A stretch of DNA of 63,088 bases, the filler included, from Bilabrum cf. latius (taxonomy: Eukaryota), in the NCBI GenBank assembly GCA_965178125.1. It is 3 parts of 3 records of this genome, joined end to end, with 100 filler letters (N's around TTAATTAATTAA, not from the genome) between each part and the next. Parts side by side here need not be neighbours in the genome. Positions count along the whole stretch, not along the records: positions 1 to 22,584 come from CBCXTV010000045.1; 2 more parts are not named here. One strand, given 5' to 3'. The notes beneath the pieces are model-generated. The model had not been told where the DNA came from, did not search any database, and worked only from the letters and a program-made list of their open reading frames with translations. Position numbers and translations under genes: made by a program. Positions 11,801 to 22,684 of this stretch are shown one piece after another. Position 1 is the stretch's first letter, and each line of letters opens with the position of its first letter.

Positions 11801-13015
11801 GTGCAACGGCTGAGCCCTGCTTACAAGCCAGACACCCAGAACTTCGATGGCCAGAGCAAGGTCGAGGTCTATCAGGATGGCTGCCCCGAAGTCCTTGACA
11901 TGTTGGAGCAAGCCGCCGCTTGGCCAGACTATAGATCTGGATTGAAGAGGTGGACAGCCAGCCCTGTCGGGGGGACGAGCTTGCTCGCCCTGACAGGCCC
12001 GACTTTGGCCAGCATCCAGGATTGGGACTTCAAGGCCAAAGCAACACCGACCCTGGCGATTCTCGAGTTCCTCGGGCAGCAGGGTTGGCAGAAGGGACCG
12101 CCGCCGCCTTTGCACACAGCGGTCAGCGAACGGGCGTTCGACGTGTCCGACCCCATCCGCAGCAAGCCATATTTGCGGTGCTTGGCCATCTTGCCAGACT
12201 TGCTGGCCAGAGAAGAATTCGAGGGCTTGCCTCCTGGCCAGCGTGTACAGTACTATGAGTGTGTCCTGGACTCGAAAAGTCCGGAGCTGATTCCCTTGGG
12301 GAAGAGCCCGGTAGAGTACAGGCAGCTCATGGATCAGGCCAGTGAGGACCGCCCAGCATTGGAGGATGGCCAGAACCACGAGGTCAACGATGCGCCAGGT
12401 GATATGTGCGTGTTTGGGGCTCGGCATGCCTTGCGCCCGAGCCAGCGGCCAGCCACTCAGCGCTCGAGGGGCACAAAGCGTCCGCTGGAGGCCAGAATGT
12501 CTTGGGAGGTTCTCGCTGGAGTCGGCCAGGTGCATCTTCCGAAGCAGGAGCCAGCTGAAAGTGCGGGGCCAAGTGTTGCGGCAGGCTCCAGTGCAGATCG
12601 GCCTCGGCCTCTCGTTGATGCGCCCAACGCTCCTGTTGATGCGCCGGATGTTCCTGTTGCGGCCAGCGTTTCCCAGCCGGCCAACTTTGCCAGAAGCTTG
12701 GTCGAAGGTGTGGACGTCTATGAGGAGAGTCATGGCGTCTTGGGCCAGGCCAATTCGTACCGTAGATTAGTTGTCAAATGCCCACACCACCCATGTGGCA
12801 ATAGGAAAAAGTGCCTCAAAACGAGGACATTTGGCAACAGAAATGCCAAGGCCAGCGGGTTGGGCGATCTTGAGCCATACGCATTCTTGGCCAAATGGCT
12901 CAGCGACCATGGCCAATTTGCAACCGCAGAGGAGCACAAGCGCTATGCTCCGACAACTGCGGAGGTCAAAGCCTATGCTGCCTCAAAGGGCTGGCGCCCC
13001 CCAGGCCACACATAA
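8873..13015 (+). CDS. 1380-aa putative DDE transposase, hAT/P/Kolobok-like architecture; true start uncertain
   Basis: Long open frame with LSCDASPQ (D, ~9960), LTDMGTE (D, ~10218), PGPQHILD (CxxH-equivalent), AWRWKTL (RW motif), WAETVHR (E, ~11240). Also GCDCH..CPWKGC and a C-terminal CPHH..C..EPYAFLAKW..H metal-binding-like motif. Confidence 0.7.
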   Translation: MGDICIFPTHVGKRTRPVDDLSRVGQSVLAIVVGGVGARWSAEMNGHSEKAKDLRSSLPDAARGDGQMLSDGGHYALGIAVFEGWRFVQDMASSVQTFQMMEANRCLHPKRVGQQFLEHRILACASLGQGLDSVRKLPQGFADLPPARLGRELLEIMRVEDSPMVQFTLGKASSSPMRVSDLLAMWGCEFTFDVRNVIGVIFMPELAFAMVRGQWWGDVSVRCQREDKVANMFPVLPPVRQMRRFMASGAGQIGCPPVEREEKAFQKRGFIRLIPGKDLLANIRCGQHLANQSMARESLVNSLKFFHPRGWKEKIANFEGQLDRIPKANTIRLGRIKLDIACMLARRKIHKANGPAIRFLSCDASPQLGIEIFASVERVISVSDMELKFSTGQLPNVEDRRMPLAVLGSGRMGVAEKAQALIHQTWLEYGPGIEDVRAACGEVRQILTDMGTELAIVDLSDIINETLGQTVREAGACERGWLFPKAIAVPGPQHILDSVLRASVERLDWWPEWQSQAKIVCQHLSPLGHRQHLQELLRKRFRGQTGQINVLTKLLSTSCTKFAAWRWKTLASVTSDLARLRPAVVAAIGEDVKVEDMASRDTGRAASFLAICRDEEFWVRNDALGQLVSPMASFSGWVRGCDCHEQELLQGKEVECPWKGCRATGLAARFAACLSQLQELRASALNTCVSPALTTMLSMLKVKLRWVNEPPFLIWQATRPEVAAEFLRQRDGQVDADQQPHRVTELFAGTHEGSFRSDMEAFAGTGQLSEGLAREIFAYQLCKVDDTWAETVHRDITSKAARATGAKLPYAAASLRLKQNMDFVEAMASDSHVCMCLERFRAIAHPQPKLASKLVQPKSMKAQACIEKVYRLGQDSRKDWGKELGSALLNVIGTLSPARLSLVGRLKAEFLASVLQDNGVYSVPGSGQVPELLDEGQQSTGQSFFFEVIDKQVRRKKQLRFSLAFQKEQGMGLPMSVQRLSPAYKPDTQNFDGQSKVEVYQDGCPEVLDMLEQAAAWPDYRSGLKRWTASPVGGTSLLALTGPTLASIQDWDFKAKATPTLAILEFLGQQGWQKGPPPPLHTAVSERAFDVSDPIRSKPYLRCLAILPDLLAREEFEGLPPGQRVQYYECVLDSKSPELIPLGKSPVEYRQLMDQASEDRPALEDGQNHEVNDAPGDMCVFGARHALRPSQRPATQRSRGTKRPLEARMSWEVLAGVGQVHLPKQEPAESAGPSVAAGSSADRPRPLVDAPNAPVDAPDVPVAASVSQPANFARSLVEGVDVYEESHGVLGQANSYRRLVVKCPHHPCGNRKKCLKTRTFGNRNAKASGLGDLEPYAFLAKWLSDHGQFATAEEHKRYAPTTAEVKAYAASKGWRPPGHT

Positions 13016-14540
13016 TTTGCATGCATCCATCTTTGCAATCTGCATCTGAATCATGTTGGGTCATTTCGATGTCTGGTTGTCATCACTCACCAAGAGTCGC
13101 AGGCGTCTGCTGTGGAGGTAGGTCCATCTCAATGGTGTTTCCAGTTAAAGATGCACAGGCATAGCCCGGTGGAAGAGGGTAGTGCATATTTCCTAGGGCA
13201 GCATGTTAACTCAGGTCAGACTTTGGCACATAGGACATGATTGGCGGAGCTTCTGGGTGGAATCAATGCACATTTGGGCCATTTCAGTGTGTTTAAAAAA
13301 GGGTGTTCCTGCACTCCTGGAACCCGAAGAGGGCTCAAACCAGCTCCAGGCCCCCTTTTCGCAGACCGTGTGCATTTTTGCATCATTGTTGGTTTTCTGC
13401 CCAGTCCCATGGGGCCATGCAAGAGAACCGCATAACCAGGTGGGGTCCACAGTTGGTCTGGTCTTCTTCTGGGCCAGAGCATCAAGGCCAAACTTGCTAC
13501 ATCCAGGAAGGTTGGGATACACAGCAAGTACCAGAGGCCAGAATGTTTTTATGCCAAGCCCATTGACATGCGCAGTCACACAGTATCAAGCCAGCATGTC
13601 ATCATCGGCATTGACATGCGCAGTCACACAGTATCAGGCCAGCATGTCATCATCGGCAAATGCGCACCGCATTCTCATTTTTATGTGGTCAGATGGCTAG
13701 ATGCGGACTTTAGCGCTCGTTGGTCAGTTGGCCAGACAATGGCCAAATGCCTCGACGCGAGCAGTTTGCTCGCGCAGCGATGTCCCGAGGTTATGCCCGG
13801 AGCGCGCCCATCGCAAGCAAAAAGCTTTGTGGCCAGCTCCGCGCAGGTCATATTGCTGTCTCGCACCAGGCCAGAACGCCAGGGCAGAAACGCCTGGGCA
13901 GAAATCAGCTGTGGGTCAGAAACACCAGGCCAGAAACGCCAGGGCAGCGGGAGCGCATCAGAGTTCGGTCACGGTCTGCTTGAGATGGCCACCTGGATTG
14001 TATGGCGCGCTGAGGCCAGATGGACTTCGTCTTCAAGGCGGAGAACATGGCCAACTCGGGAACTCGCGCAGTGGCCAGATATCCCTCAGATGGCTATATT
14101 CCAGGTGTTTGAAGCAGACCGACTTGCCAAAACACTGACAGATAAGGCTCAGCCTCGACTTGACCTGCCCATGACATGTGTGCCATATGTAGAGCTTCTC
14201 CTAGCGGGAAATCTGGCAAGTCATGATCACCTTTTTTTCTTTATCTGGCTCGCTTGTTGCAGTTGATCCACACGCATGTGGGGAATCTATGAAATTTTGG
14301 TGGCGCCATGCTCCTCATTTCTCGACGTCAATTATGGTGTTGGCCCTCTTGACTGATTTGAGCAAAAGGCAACAACACAACTGGCCACAAGCATTGCAAT
14401 GTGTCAGCATCGTTTTGCGGTCAGGGTTAATTATGTTGCTTGCCAGAATTCAGAGGGGTCAGACTTAACATCAATATCACAGTTTCCCCACCAGATGACA
14501 TGAAAACCAAAATTTCATTAAAACAGGAACAGCGTGTCAC

Positions 14541-14675
14541 CACCATATCAACACCATAGCAACACCATATCAACACCATATCATTACCATATCAACACTA
14601 CATGACCAGCATAACAAAAACATATCAACACCATATCAACACCATATCAACAGGATATCAACACTATATCAACAC
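14541..14675 (+). repeat. 11-bp ATATCAACACC array
   Basis: degenerate tandem copies visible. Confidence 0.9.
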
Positions 14676-14861
14676 CGTTTCAACATGGTACAAACAACAT
14701 GAAGAGACAACTGACATACCTCTGACATAAGACTCCAGAAATACAAATCTCACATTCAATTACACCAACATTATGTGCAGCCCTTGCGCGCCCTGTCCCG
14801 CCAGGTCGCGAATGACTTGGACTAGGCTGCGACGTCTGCAGCCAACATCGTGGGCGCTTTG

Positions 14862-14905
14862 TGTTGATATGTTGTTGATATGTTGTTGATATGTTGTTGA
14901 TATGT
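14862..14905 (-). repeat. short inverted 11-bp array (TGTTGATATGT)
   Basis: about four copies visible. Confidence 0.85.
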
Positions 14906-15731
14906 TCATGCATGGTCTTGCAATTTCGCACAGAAGAAATGGGCCCTGATGTTCTGTTTTGTTTGGCATTGAAAACTGACAAATGTGTTGACAGACATCA
15001 TCGTCCCTCCCAGCAAGGTGTCAACCAGCAGCGTAGGGTATTATCGGCCCCCTCCCCATGTCAACAGTGTGCTTTCCACACCGCATCGCCCCCATGTCAC
15101 CACAATCCCCCGAAAGATGAGACTTCCAGAGACTTGCTATGTTGACATGGCCAGAACAACCCACAAGGCGAGCATGCCAAACATGAAGTTTCTGCACCAG
15201 ATCTGATCCCCCTGGCCATCCTGGTCTCGATCATGGTCAGCAATGTGACTACAGTGACACAAGTCTCTATGCCAGCAGCATCGGAATTTGTCATGTTAGT
15301 TGCCTCGAGAGGGTTCACTGTCAAAACAGCCAGAGTCAGAAATGTCAATGACACTTGTCTGGGATTTCATTGCTACACATCAGGAGAAATTCCAGCCGCC
15401 TGGTGAACTGAAATGACAAATCTGCGGGATCTGGTCGACCTCAAGCTCACATGGCAGTCTGGACTGATTTTAGCAAATGGCAAGAACACATCCCAGTCCA
15501 GACATGTTTCGATTTGTCAGCATCGTTACCCTGCCCAGGCCAGATTCAGAGATGTCTGACTAATATCCACAGTTGCCCTTCCAAGAGACATGGCAACTAT
15601 TGTCTCAGAGAATGTTCGATTGCATGTCAAGGAAAGAATTAGAGGGGTCAGACTTGACATCAATACCACAGTTTTCCCACCAGAAGAGAGGACAACAAAA
15701 AATAAGGAAACCAATAACAAGCGTGTCAACC

Positions 15732-15900
15732 CCATATCGACACCATATCAACACCATATTAACACCATATCAACATCATATCAACACCATATCAACACCA
15801 TATCAACACCATATCAACGCCATATCAACACCATACCAAAAACACATATCAACACCATATCAACAACATATCAACAACATATCAGCACCATATCGACATC
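15732..15900 (+). repeat. 11-bp ATATCAACACC array
   Basis: tandem copies visible. Confidence 0.9.
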
Positions 15901-16832
15901 ATGCAAAAAAACATATTTACCATTACCCTCCACACCCCCGAAAGAACACCACACCTCAGTCGCACGATCTCCATCCCAAGTCCACACCATGTGCAGCACA
16001 GTGTGCAGCCCCCGCGCGCCTTGCTGCGCCAGGTCGAGGATTGCTTGGACCAGGCAGGGAGGGGCAGGGGCGTGTCTCGCCGGCATCTTTATGTGGCCGA
16101 AGGTCAAAATTCGCCCAAAATTGGCCAAGCAGCGCCCGGCCAATTCGCAATGTTCCTACTCCTTTTCGACTTCACCCTTTCCTTGTTTTTGGTCAGCATT
16201 TCAGGCTCAGAAATATGCCTATCAATGTGCCAAGTTTGTGTTCTGGAGCGGGCTAAGTGTGACCCACAGACATGTCAGCCCAAACGTCCTGGAGACCTCT
16301 GTTCACCATCCACTCATTGGTCAAGATTACATGATGCCCAACCCACCTTCGCAGCCATTGTTTCAACAAGCCAGACTGTGGTATGAAAATGAGACTGTGG
16401 CTGCGTTAACAAGGGCCAAACACTAAATGGCAGGCCAGGCGATTGGCAGGGCATATGGGATTTGAGGTGTCTCCGCCAGATCGGATCCCCATTGACATCT
16501 TGGTCTAGCTCATTGTTGGAAGAGGTCAGCGCTGTTTGCTCAGGCGGGGTTCCATGTCAAACTTGCCAGAATTCGTCCAGGTCATCTGTCGTCGGCACTG
16601 TCAAGACACTGGTCCGCCATCCCACTTGGACTCTCTGGAGTTGTTGTGGCCTCTGTTTAAACATCCAAGCCATATGTGCACCATTCCAATACCCTCCCCC
16701 CCCCTCCCAAGAGCCTTCTTGGGCAAATCTTGTCCCCCCCTGAACCTATTGGTGTGATCCATTCATGTAAAAAATCAGGACTTTATGCCAGACAGACTAA
16801 AACATGTCAGCCAGGTTTGGTGGGCCAAGGTC

Positions 16833-16920
16833 ATATCAACACCATGTCAACACCATATCAACACCATATCAACACCATATCAACACCATATCAACACCAT
16901 ATCAACACCATATCAACATC
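16833..16920 (+). repeat. 11-bp ATATCAACACC array (a short further patch at ~17078-17117)
   Basis: tandem copies visible. Confidence 0.9.
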
Positions 16921-17298
16921 AAACCAAAAACACCTCGACATCGCTGACAGGACAACAACCTCAGTCGCATTTTCCCAATGCAGAGTCAACACCATGTGCA
17001 GCACCTGGGCGCCCCGCTGCGTCAGGTTGAGAACTGCTTCGACCTGGAAGAGACCGATGCGGCCGGCTTCTTATGTGTCAACAACATATCAACACTCATA
17101 TCAACAACATATCAACACGAAAAAGGCATTGTCGCATTGGTTTGTTGCCTTCGCAGATCGCATGTGGGCCAGAAAAATGGATTTCCCTGTTTTCAAATTT
17201 GATTAGGAGCATCATGGGAAAAGCACCGTTGGACTTTCCAGCCAGATCCTCCCAATCTAGACCAATCCGGCCATCAATTTGGACCTTAGGCTTGTGAT

Positions 17299-19901
17299 GT
17301 GCGCAACTTCCCAATCTCAAGCGCGGATGCCTCAGCGCTGCACCTTCCCAGGGGTGCCTCTTGCTTGTTTGGCCATCTCCAGGCCAACTCTCCCTTCCTG
17401 GCCAGTTCCTGGCCAGACCACGTCTCGTTCGATCACCTCAAGGCCAAAAAGATGGCAAACGTCGGCTCTGATCTGAAAGCCATCGCCAGCGCGGCCAGCT
17501 CTGCGAATCAAGTGGCAGCGGGGTCAGCAGCGGCCAGCGGCCAGAGCCACAGGACGGCCATTTGCGCCTTCGGGCATGGCGGTCCAATGGCCATATGCGA
17601 CATGATCAAGCAGTCGGAGCGGGGCGCGTACATGTGCAAGCCCTGCTTCAATGCCAAGATCGCCATCGAACGGATTGCCAACAAGGATCGCGGCCAGAAG
17701 GAAGCCCTCGCCAAATTGAAGAAGGAGGATGCAGAGGGTTGGAGGGCGAAGGTCAGATCGTTGCGGATTGCAACAACGCCAGATGAGCCAGGTGTGCCAA
17801 ATGCCGAGGAACGTCGGCGTGCAATGGCCATCTTCCTCCAGCAAGTGGAGCAGTCCATGAGCATGAAGGAGACTTCAAAGGTCAGTTGGTTGCGCCGCCA
17901 GCCCTTCATCTGGCACTACCAGACGGTGGAGCGCATGTCAGACCAGGAAGCGGCCAAATTGTGGGAGGAACAGTTGAACGATCGGACCGTGCCAAAGCGA
18001 GGCGAAGGGGTCAACTTGACGATCGCCGTCAAAGTTGCTGAGGAGACGGTCCTGAGCCAGAAGCGCACCTTCCGCCAGATCGTCGAGAGCCAGAGGGCGT
18101 TGTTCGGCGGCCAGGACATCGCAGAGTCCATGAGCAGCTTGGCCAGCTCCAACCAGATGTTGGATCCACAGTCCCTCTCCGACCGCTTCGGGCGTGCCGG
18201 TCTTGACATGCACAATGCCAGCATGACCAAGGGTCAGATCAACCACGGCGACGTTGGCTTCGGCCAGGCCGTCCCGCAAGTGGAGGATGTGGGTGCGCCG
18301 CCAGAGTGCTTGGCCATCGCAGGGCCAGAAGAGGAGGTGGTCAAAGACGAGTCGCAGGCAGCCGGCCAGAAGCGCAGCTTGGCTGCTCGCATCAGCGAGC
18401 CCGAGCCTCCGACAGCCAAAGCGAAGGCCAAAGCAGCGCGCCGTGGGCCAGCGGCAGGTGTCACAGGCCCTCTCCTCGAGAAGCGGATGGCGGGTGACAG
18501 CGCGGCCAAAGCGATCAAGCGCGAGTACGGCCAAGGCGCGAACCACACGGCCAAAAAATCCGCCAGGTGTACGCCAAATCCTCCGAGGACTTGGAACAGG
18601 AGGTGTTGAAGGTCTGCGACAAGTACGACAAGTGCTTGGCCAGATCCCAGGAGATTGGCTCCAAGGTCAGCTCGTGGACGATCCAGGAGGCGGAGGCCAG
18701 ATTGCAGGAGCAGGCCAAGTTGGCCAGTGAGCTCCAAGGGGCCAGCACGATTTTGAAGGCCAAGCTGACGGATTACAAGGAGCAGATGTCGATGGCCAAG
18801 TCCGCCGCCGCCAAGGCCAGAGCGAAGGCAGCGGCCAAATACAGGAACGATGTCAAGGACTATGCGTGCTATGTGCCAGACAATCTCCTGAAGTTCATGT
18901 ATGGCCAGGATGCGATCGGCAAGGGGGGCCAGGAGCAGGTGCCAGCCAACTTTCCTGTGGCGGTCAATGGTGAGCACACCCTCTCTGAGGCACGGCCAGT
19001 CTTTTTTTCCAAGGACAGCGTGCCTTTGGGCGAGCGGGTCAGGTCCATTCCCCAGTGTATGGGGACGGACAACTTGGCCAAATTCGAGGGGGATGTCCTG
19101 CACGCCATGGGCACTGGCCAGTGCTGTTGGGGCACGCATTGGGTGCCAGCCAAAGGACATCCAGTGGATTCTCTGGAGAATCATGCTTGGATCCCGGAGA
19201 ATCTCAAGGCCATCGGTCAGGTGCCGGAGGCGTTGCGCGACTTCGGCGCGCCCTCCATTTTGGTCAGCACCGACAACACGGCCAGATACGACCCGTCGGA
19301 GATTCCGATGGCGGGTTTTGGCCAGTTTTTCGTCTGCCTCAAAGGTAGTGCCATCGTGTGTGCCTGGCCAGTGTCGGCAACGGCCAGCCGTGGGTCAGAT
19401 TTCATGGGCCAGTACACCTTTTTGATGGATCAGATAACGGCCAGCCAGTTTGAGACATGGGCCAAAGAGCACATGTGCTGGTGCCAGTTGTCTCCCCAGG
19501 CCAGCATTTGGTTGCCCTATGGTTGGGTCAGCTTGATCATCCCAAAGGCCAGCTCCGCAGAGCCAGCTGTGTTTTTCCTGCAGCCATACATCAATCTGCA
19601 GTTGGCCAGCGCTTGCCCTACCTGGGACACGGTCATGTCTGGTTGGCTCAGCTTTTTGGCCAAAGCCGAGGAGCAGCTGGCCAAAACGAAAAATTTGTAC
19701 AGCAAGACAGGACCGGGCCTGAAGGAGTGGCTCCTTGTGGCCAGCCAGGCTGCGACGGCAGCCCCGGCCAGAATTGAGCCTTCGCACCAGCCGAAGGTGC
19801 TGGCCGATGGCGACGAGGAGACACAGGTCTCCCAGGTTGAGGCCAGCCCGGTTGAGGCCAGGATGGCTGCCCCAGGCCAGAACTCCCAGTCGAGTTCGTA
19901 G
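17299..19901 (+). CDS. ~820-870-aa cargo protein: N-terminal CxxC and coiled coil, C-terminal cupin/JmjC-like fold; one frameshift at A6 18553-18558
   Basis: ORFs 17299..18609 and 18567..19901 join as AKKIRQVYAKSS if one A is added. Motifs CKPC, GFGQFFVCLKGSAIVCAWP, CQLSPQASIWLPYGWVSLI. Confidence 0.65.
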
Positions 19902-20039
19902 GTCAATAGAGATTGTGTGGCCAGATGTGCAGGTTCTCGGTCAGATAGGTCAGCTTCCACCCCGCATGTGTCGCACAGAAGCGATCCGCCTCTTTCTCGC
20001 GCATAAGAGGCCGCATGCGCAGCACAGCGCTTTTCAGTG

Positions 20040-21290
20040 TGTCAATGGCCAGAGGTCAGACATGTCAGTCAGCGGTCAGAGTTCAGACAGGGCAGTCATT
20101 GCTACAAATCTGCATTGCAGGTCAGAAGCATTGCAGTTTGTCAGCCTCGTTTTTCGATGACGGTTACTTGTCTGATTTCCCAGAATTAGGAGGGGGCAGA
20201 ATAATATCAAGCCCACAGTTGCCATCCCCAAAGACATATCGCAGGCAAGACACATTGCATGTCAGAAGCATTGGAATTTGTGCGGGGGGGGTTGGTTAAC
20301 TGTATGTCTTGCCAGGATTGAGGCGGGTCAGACTAATATCACTACCGGACTTGCCCCACCGAAAGACATGGCAACAAAGTTCTCACAGGATTTTCGCAAG
20401 CGTGACAACACCATATCAACACCATATCAACACCATATCAACGCCATATCAACACCATATCAGCACCATATCAACATCATATCAACGACATATCAACACC
20501 ATATCAACGCCATATCAACACCATATCAACACCATATCAACATCATATCAACGCCATATCAACACCATGTGCACCTCATTTCAACACCATGTATATCAAC
20601 GCCACTGTATATCAATTCTATATCAACACCATATTTATGCAAGTTCCTTGATTTTAATTGCTTCTTGATTGCAATGTGTCAGACAAGTTTCGCAATGTGG
20701 CCATCAGTGTGATTGCCCTCACACATGTCTGAAGGCCACAAGCATCGCAATGTGTGAGATGAGTTTCGTCGAGAGGGTTCATTGTGTCAATGGCAAGAGT
20801 TCAGACAGCCCACAGCCGGAGATCAGACAGGGCAGTTATTGCTACACATCTGCATTGCAGGTCCGAAGCATTGCAGTTTGTCAGCTGTGTTTTACGATGA
20901 ACTTTAATTGTCGGATTTGCCAGAATTAAGAGGGGGCAGACTAATATCAATCCCACAGTTACCATCCCCAAAGACACGTCGCAGGCCAGACACACAGCAT
21001 GTCAGAAGCATTGGAATTTGCCCAGGGGGGTATTAGGTGGTTAACTTTATGTCTTGCCAGGATTGAGAGGAGTCAGACTAATATCAATACCTCAGTTGCC
21101 CCACCTCAACACATTGCAACTAATTTCTCACTTAATTTCAGACACCATAACAACAGCATATCAACAGCATATCAACACCATCATATCAACACCATATCAA
21201 CACCATATCAACATTGATATCAACAACCTTGTACATCGATCCCATATCAACACCATATCCCATGCGAGTTCCTTGGTTTCAATTGCTGTT
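20040..21290 (+). repeat. diverged ~745-bp tandem duplication, each copy ending in an 11-bp array (20407-20632, 21150-21260)
   Basis: cagacagggcagt(c/t)attgctaca..tctgcattgcaggtc at ~20084 and ~20824, with matching downstream blocks. Confidence 0.85.
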
Positions 21291-21561
21291 TAATTCGACA
21301 TGACATATTCCTCTTGTTATCCCCCCCACATAGGTAGGGGAGCCCTCGGAGGAAATTGACCCAGCGCCGGTGACCAATGGTGTGTTGGCAAGCCATTCAT
21401 TTCCGAACTCAAAGTGAAACCGTCCGATTTTTCCTGCAACTTGTTTCGTGGAGGTGGTTTGTCACCAGAAGCAGTGCAATGTGTGCATGTGTCTTTCATT
21501 CATGATATTTTGGGGGGCCGCTGGGCAAAAAATGGCCATAGTGCAAAACACAAATTCGGAT

Positions 21562-21603
21562 GTAACATAAGAGGCCTTTTGGGCCTTAGCCACGATCTTC
21601 ATA
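21562..21603 (-). repeat. right bipartite terminal inverted repeat
   Basis: gtaacataagagg (21562-21574), 11-nt spacer, ttagccacgatcttcata (21586-21603). Confidence 0.8.
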
Positions 21604-21887
21604 AAAGGGAGGCTGCAGCGCCTGTCCCAGCCGGGCCTGGCAACGCCCCGGGGCCGCCACCTCCCGCGGTCGCTTGTTGGACCAGCGATGACTGCCCAAG
21701 CGGCACGCCGCCTGCACCTGCGGCCGCGCCTGTCAGCGGCACGCGCCTGTCAGCGGCCTTGGAGCCTTCGGTTGCACCGTGATTCGGCGGCCGGCGCGTA
21801 GCGGGGTTCGTCGTTTTGTTCTGAGCCCGCGTGCCCGCGCGCTCGCCGCCCCCCGGTGCCCGCCCGCGTTTCCTTGCGGCTCGGGGA

Positions 21888-22277
21888 AGAAAAAACGAAA
21901 AAAAGAAAAAAATAAAAAAACAGAAAAAAAGAGAGAGAAAACACAGGAAAAAAAAGAAAAAAAGGGGGGGGAAAGAAAAGAAAAACAAAAAAGAAAAGAA
22001 GAAGACAAGAAGAAAAAAAAGAAAAAATAGAAAAAAAAAAGGGGAAACAAAGAAGAAAACAAAGAAGAAAAAAAAGAAGAAATAAAAGAAGAAAAAAGAA
22101 AGAAGAAACAAGAAGAAAAAAGAAGAAAAAAGAAGAAAAACAGAAAAAAAAAAGATAAAAAAAGAAAAAAGAAAAAAAGAAAAAAAGAAAGAAAGAAAAA
22201 CAGAAAGAAAGAAAAAAAGAAAAAAAGAAAAAAAGAAAAAAAGTGAGAGAAAAAAAAAGAAAGAAATGAAAAAAAAA
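21888..22277. repeat. A-rich polypurine low-complexity tract, possibly a base-calling artefact
   Basis: almost only A and G with no period. Confidence 0.8.
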
Positions 22278-22584
22278 GCCTGCACCGCGTTTGCTACATC
22301 GCACTCGCGCCGCAGGGGGGGCTAGCCCCGCCGAATGGCGTGTGCGCGCCTCCCGGGGCGGTTCAGACGCCGCGGCCACAGTCCATGCCATTTGGTCCGC
22401 CTTGGCGCTGCCAGCCCAGCCCAGTTCTCGGACATGAATCATAGGGAGGTATTGGGGGTGGGTCATATTGGGGTGCACTCCGTGTAAGTTGCGGCTCGTG
22501 CTATTTGCCAAATTTTGCCGATTCTTGCAGCTTTTTGCAAACTTTTGCAGATGTTTGCAAATTTTGGTAATTTTTTCGGGTTAT

Positions 22585-22684
22585 NNNNNNNNNNNNNNNN
22601 NNNNNNNNNNNNNNNNNNNNNNNNNNNNTTAATTAATTAANNNNNNNNNNNNNNNNNNNNNNNNNNNNNNNNNNNNNNNNNNNN
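22585..22684. other. artificial contig linker N44-TTAATTAATTAA-N44
   Basis: six-frame stop linker flanked by Ns. Confidence 0.99.

Larger units (their letters stand above)
4817..21603 (+). mobile_element. ~16.8-kb TIR-bounded DNA transposon with hAT-like DDE transposase and cargo genes
   Basis: Left end TATGAAGGTCGGGGCTAA (4817-4834) vs reverse complement of right end TATGAAGATCGTGGCTAA (21586-21603), 16/18 match. Second block CCTCTTAGGTGAC vs CCTCTTATGTTAC, 11/13. The left end coincides with the loss of copia coding, and the GGYCAR-rich composition is confined between the ends. Confidence 0.8.

Noticed and set aside
14541-17117. Possible CRISPR array in the repeat clusters (also 31092-31484 and 52815-53060)
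   Set aside because: Repeats are contiguous tandem units without unique spacers, and no cas genes are present
7714-21293. ORFs containing HHINTISTPYQ repeats
   Set aside because: Translation of the 11-bp DNA arrays in all frames; no evidence of coding
21599-22511. Phe-rich and Lys-rich ORFs, or a retro-element poly(A) tail
   Set aside because: Aperiodic A/G tract near a contig end, most likely low-complexity or poor base-calling
22500-22584. Short TTTTGCA-type repeats at the contig 1 end, possibly another element terminus
   Set aside because: Truncated by the gap; too little sequence to classify
22629-22640. TTAATTAATTAA palindrome (also 44443-44454)
   Set aside because: Artificial six-frame-stop linker between N runs; it also means cross-gap gene neighbourhoods are not real
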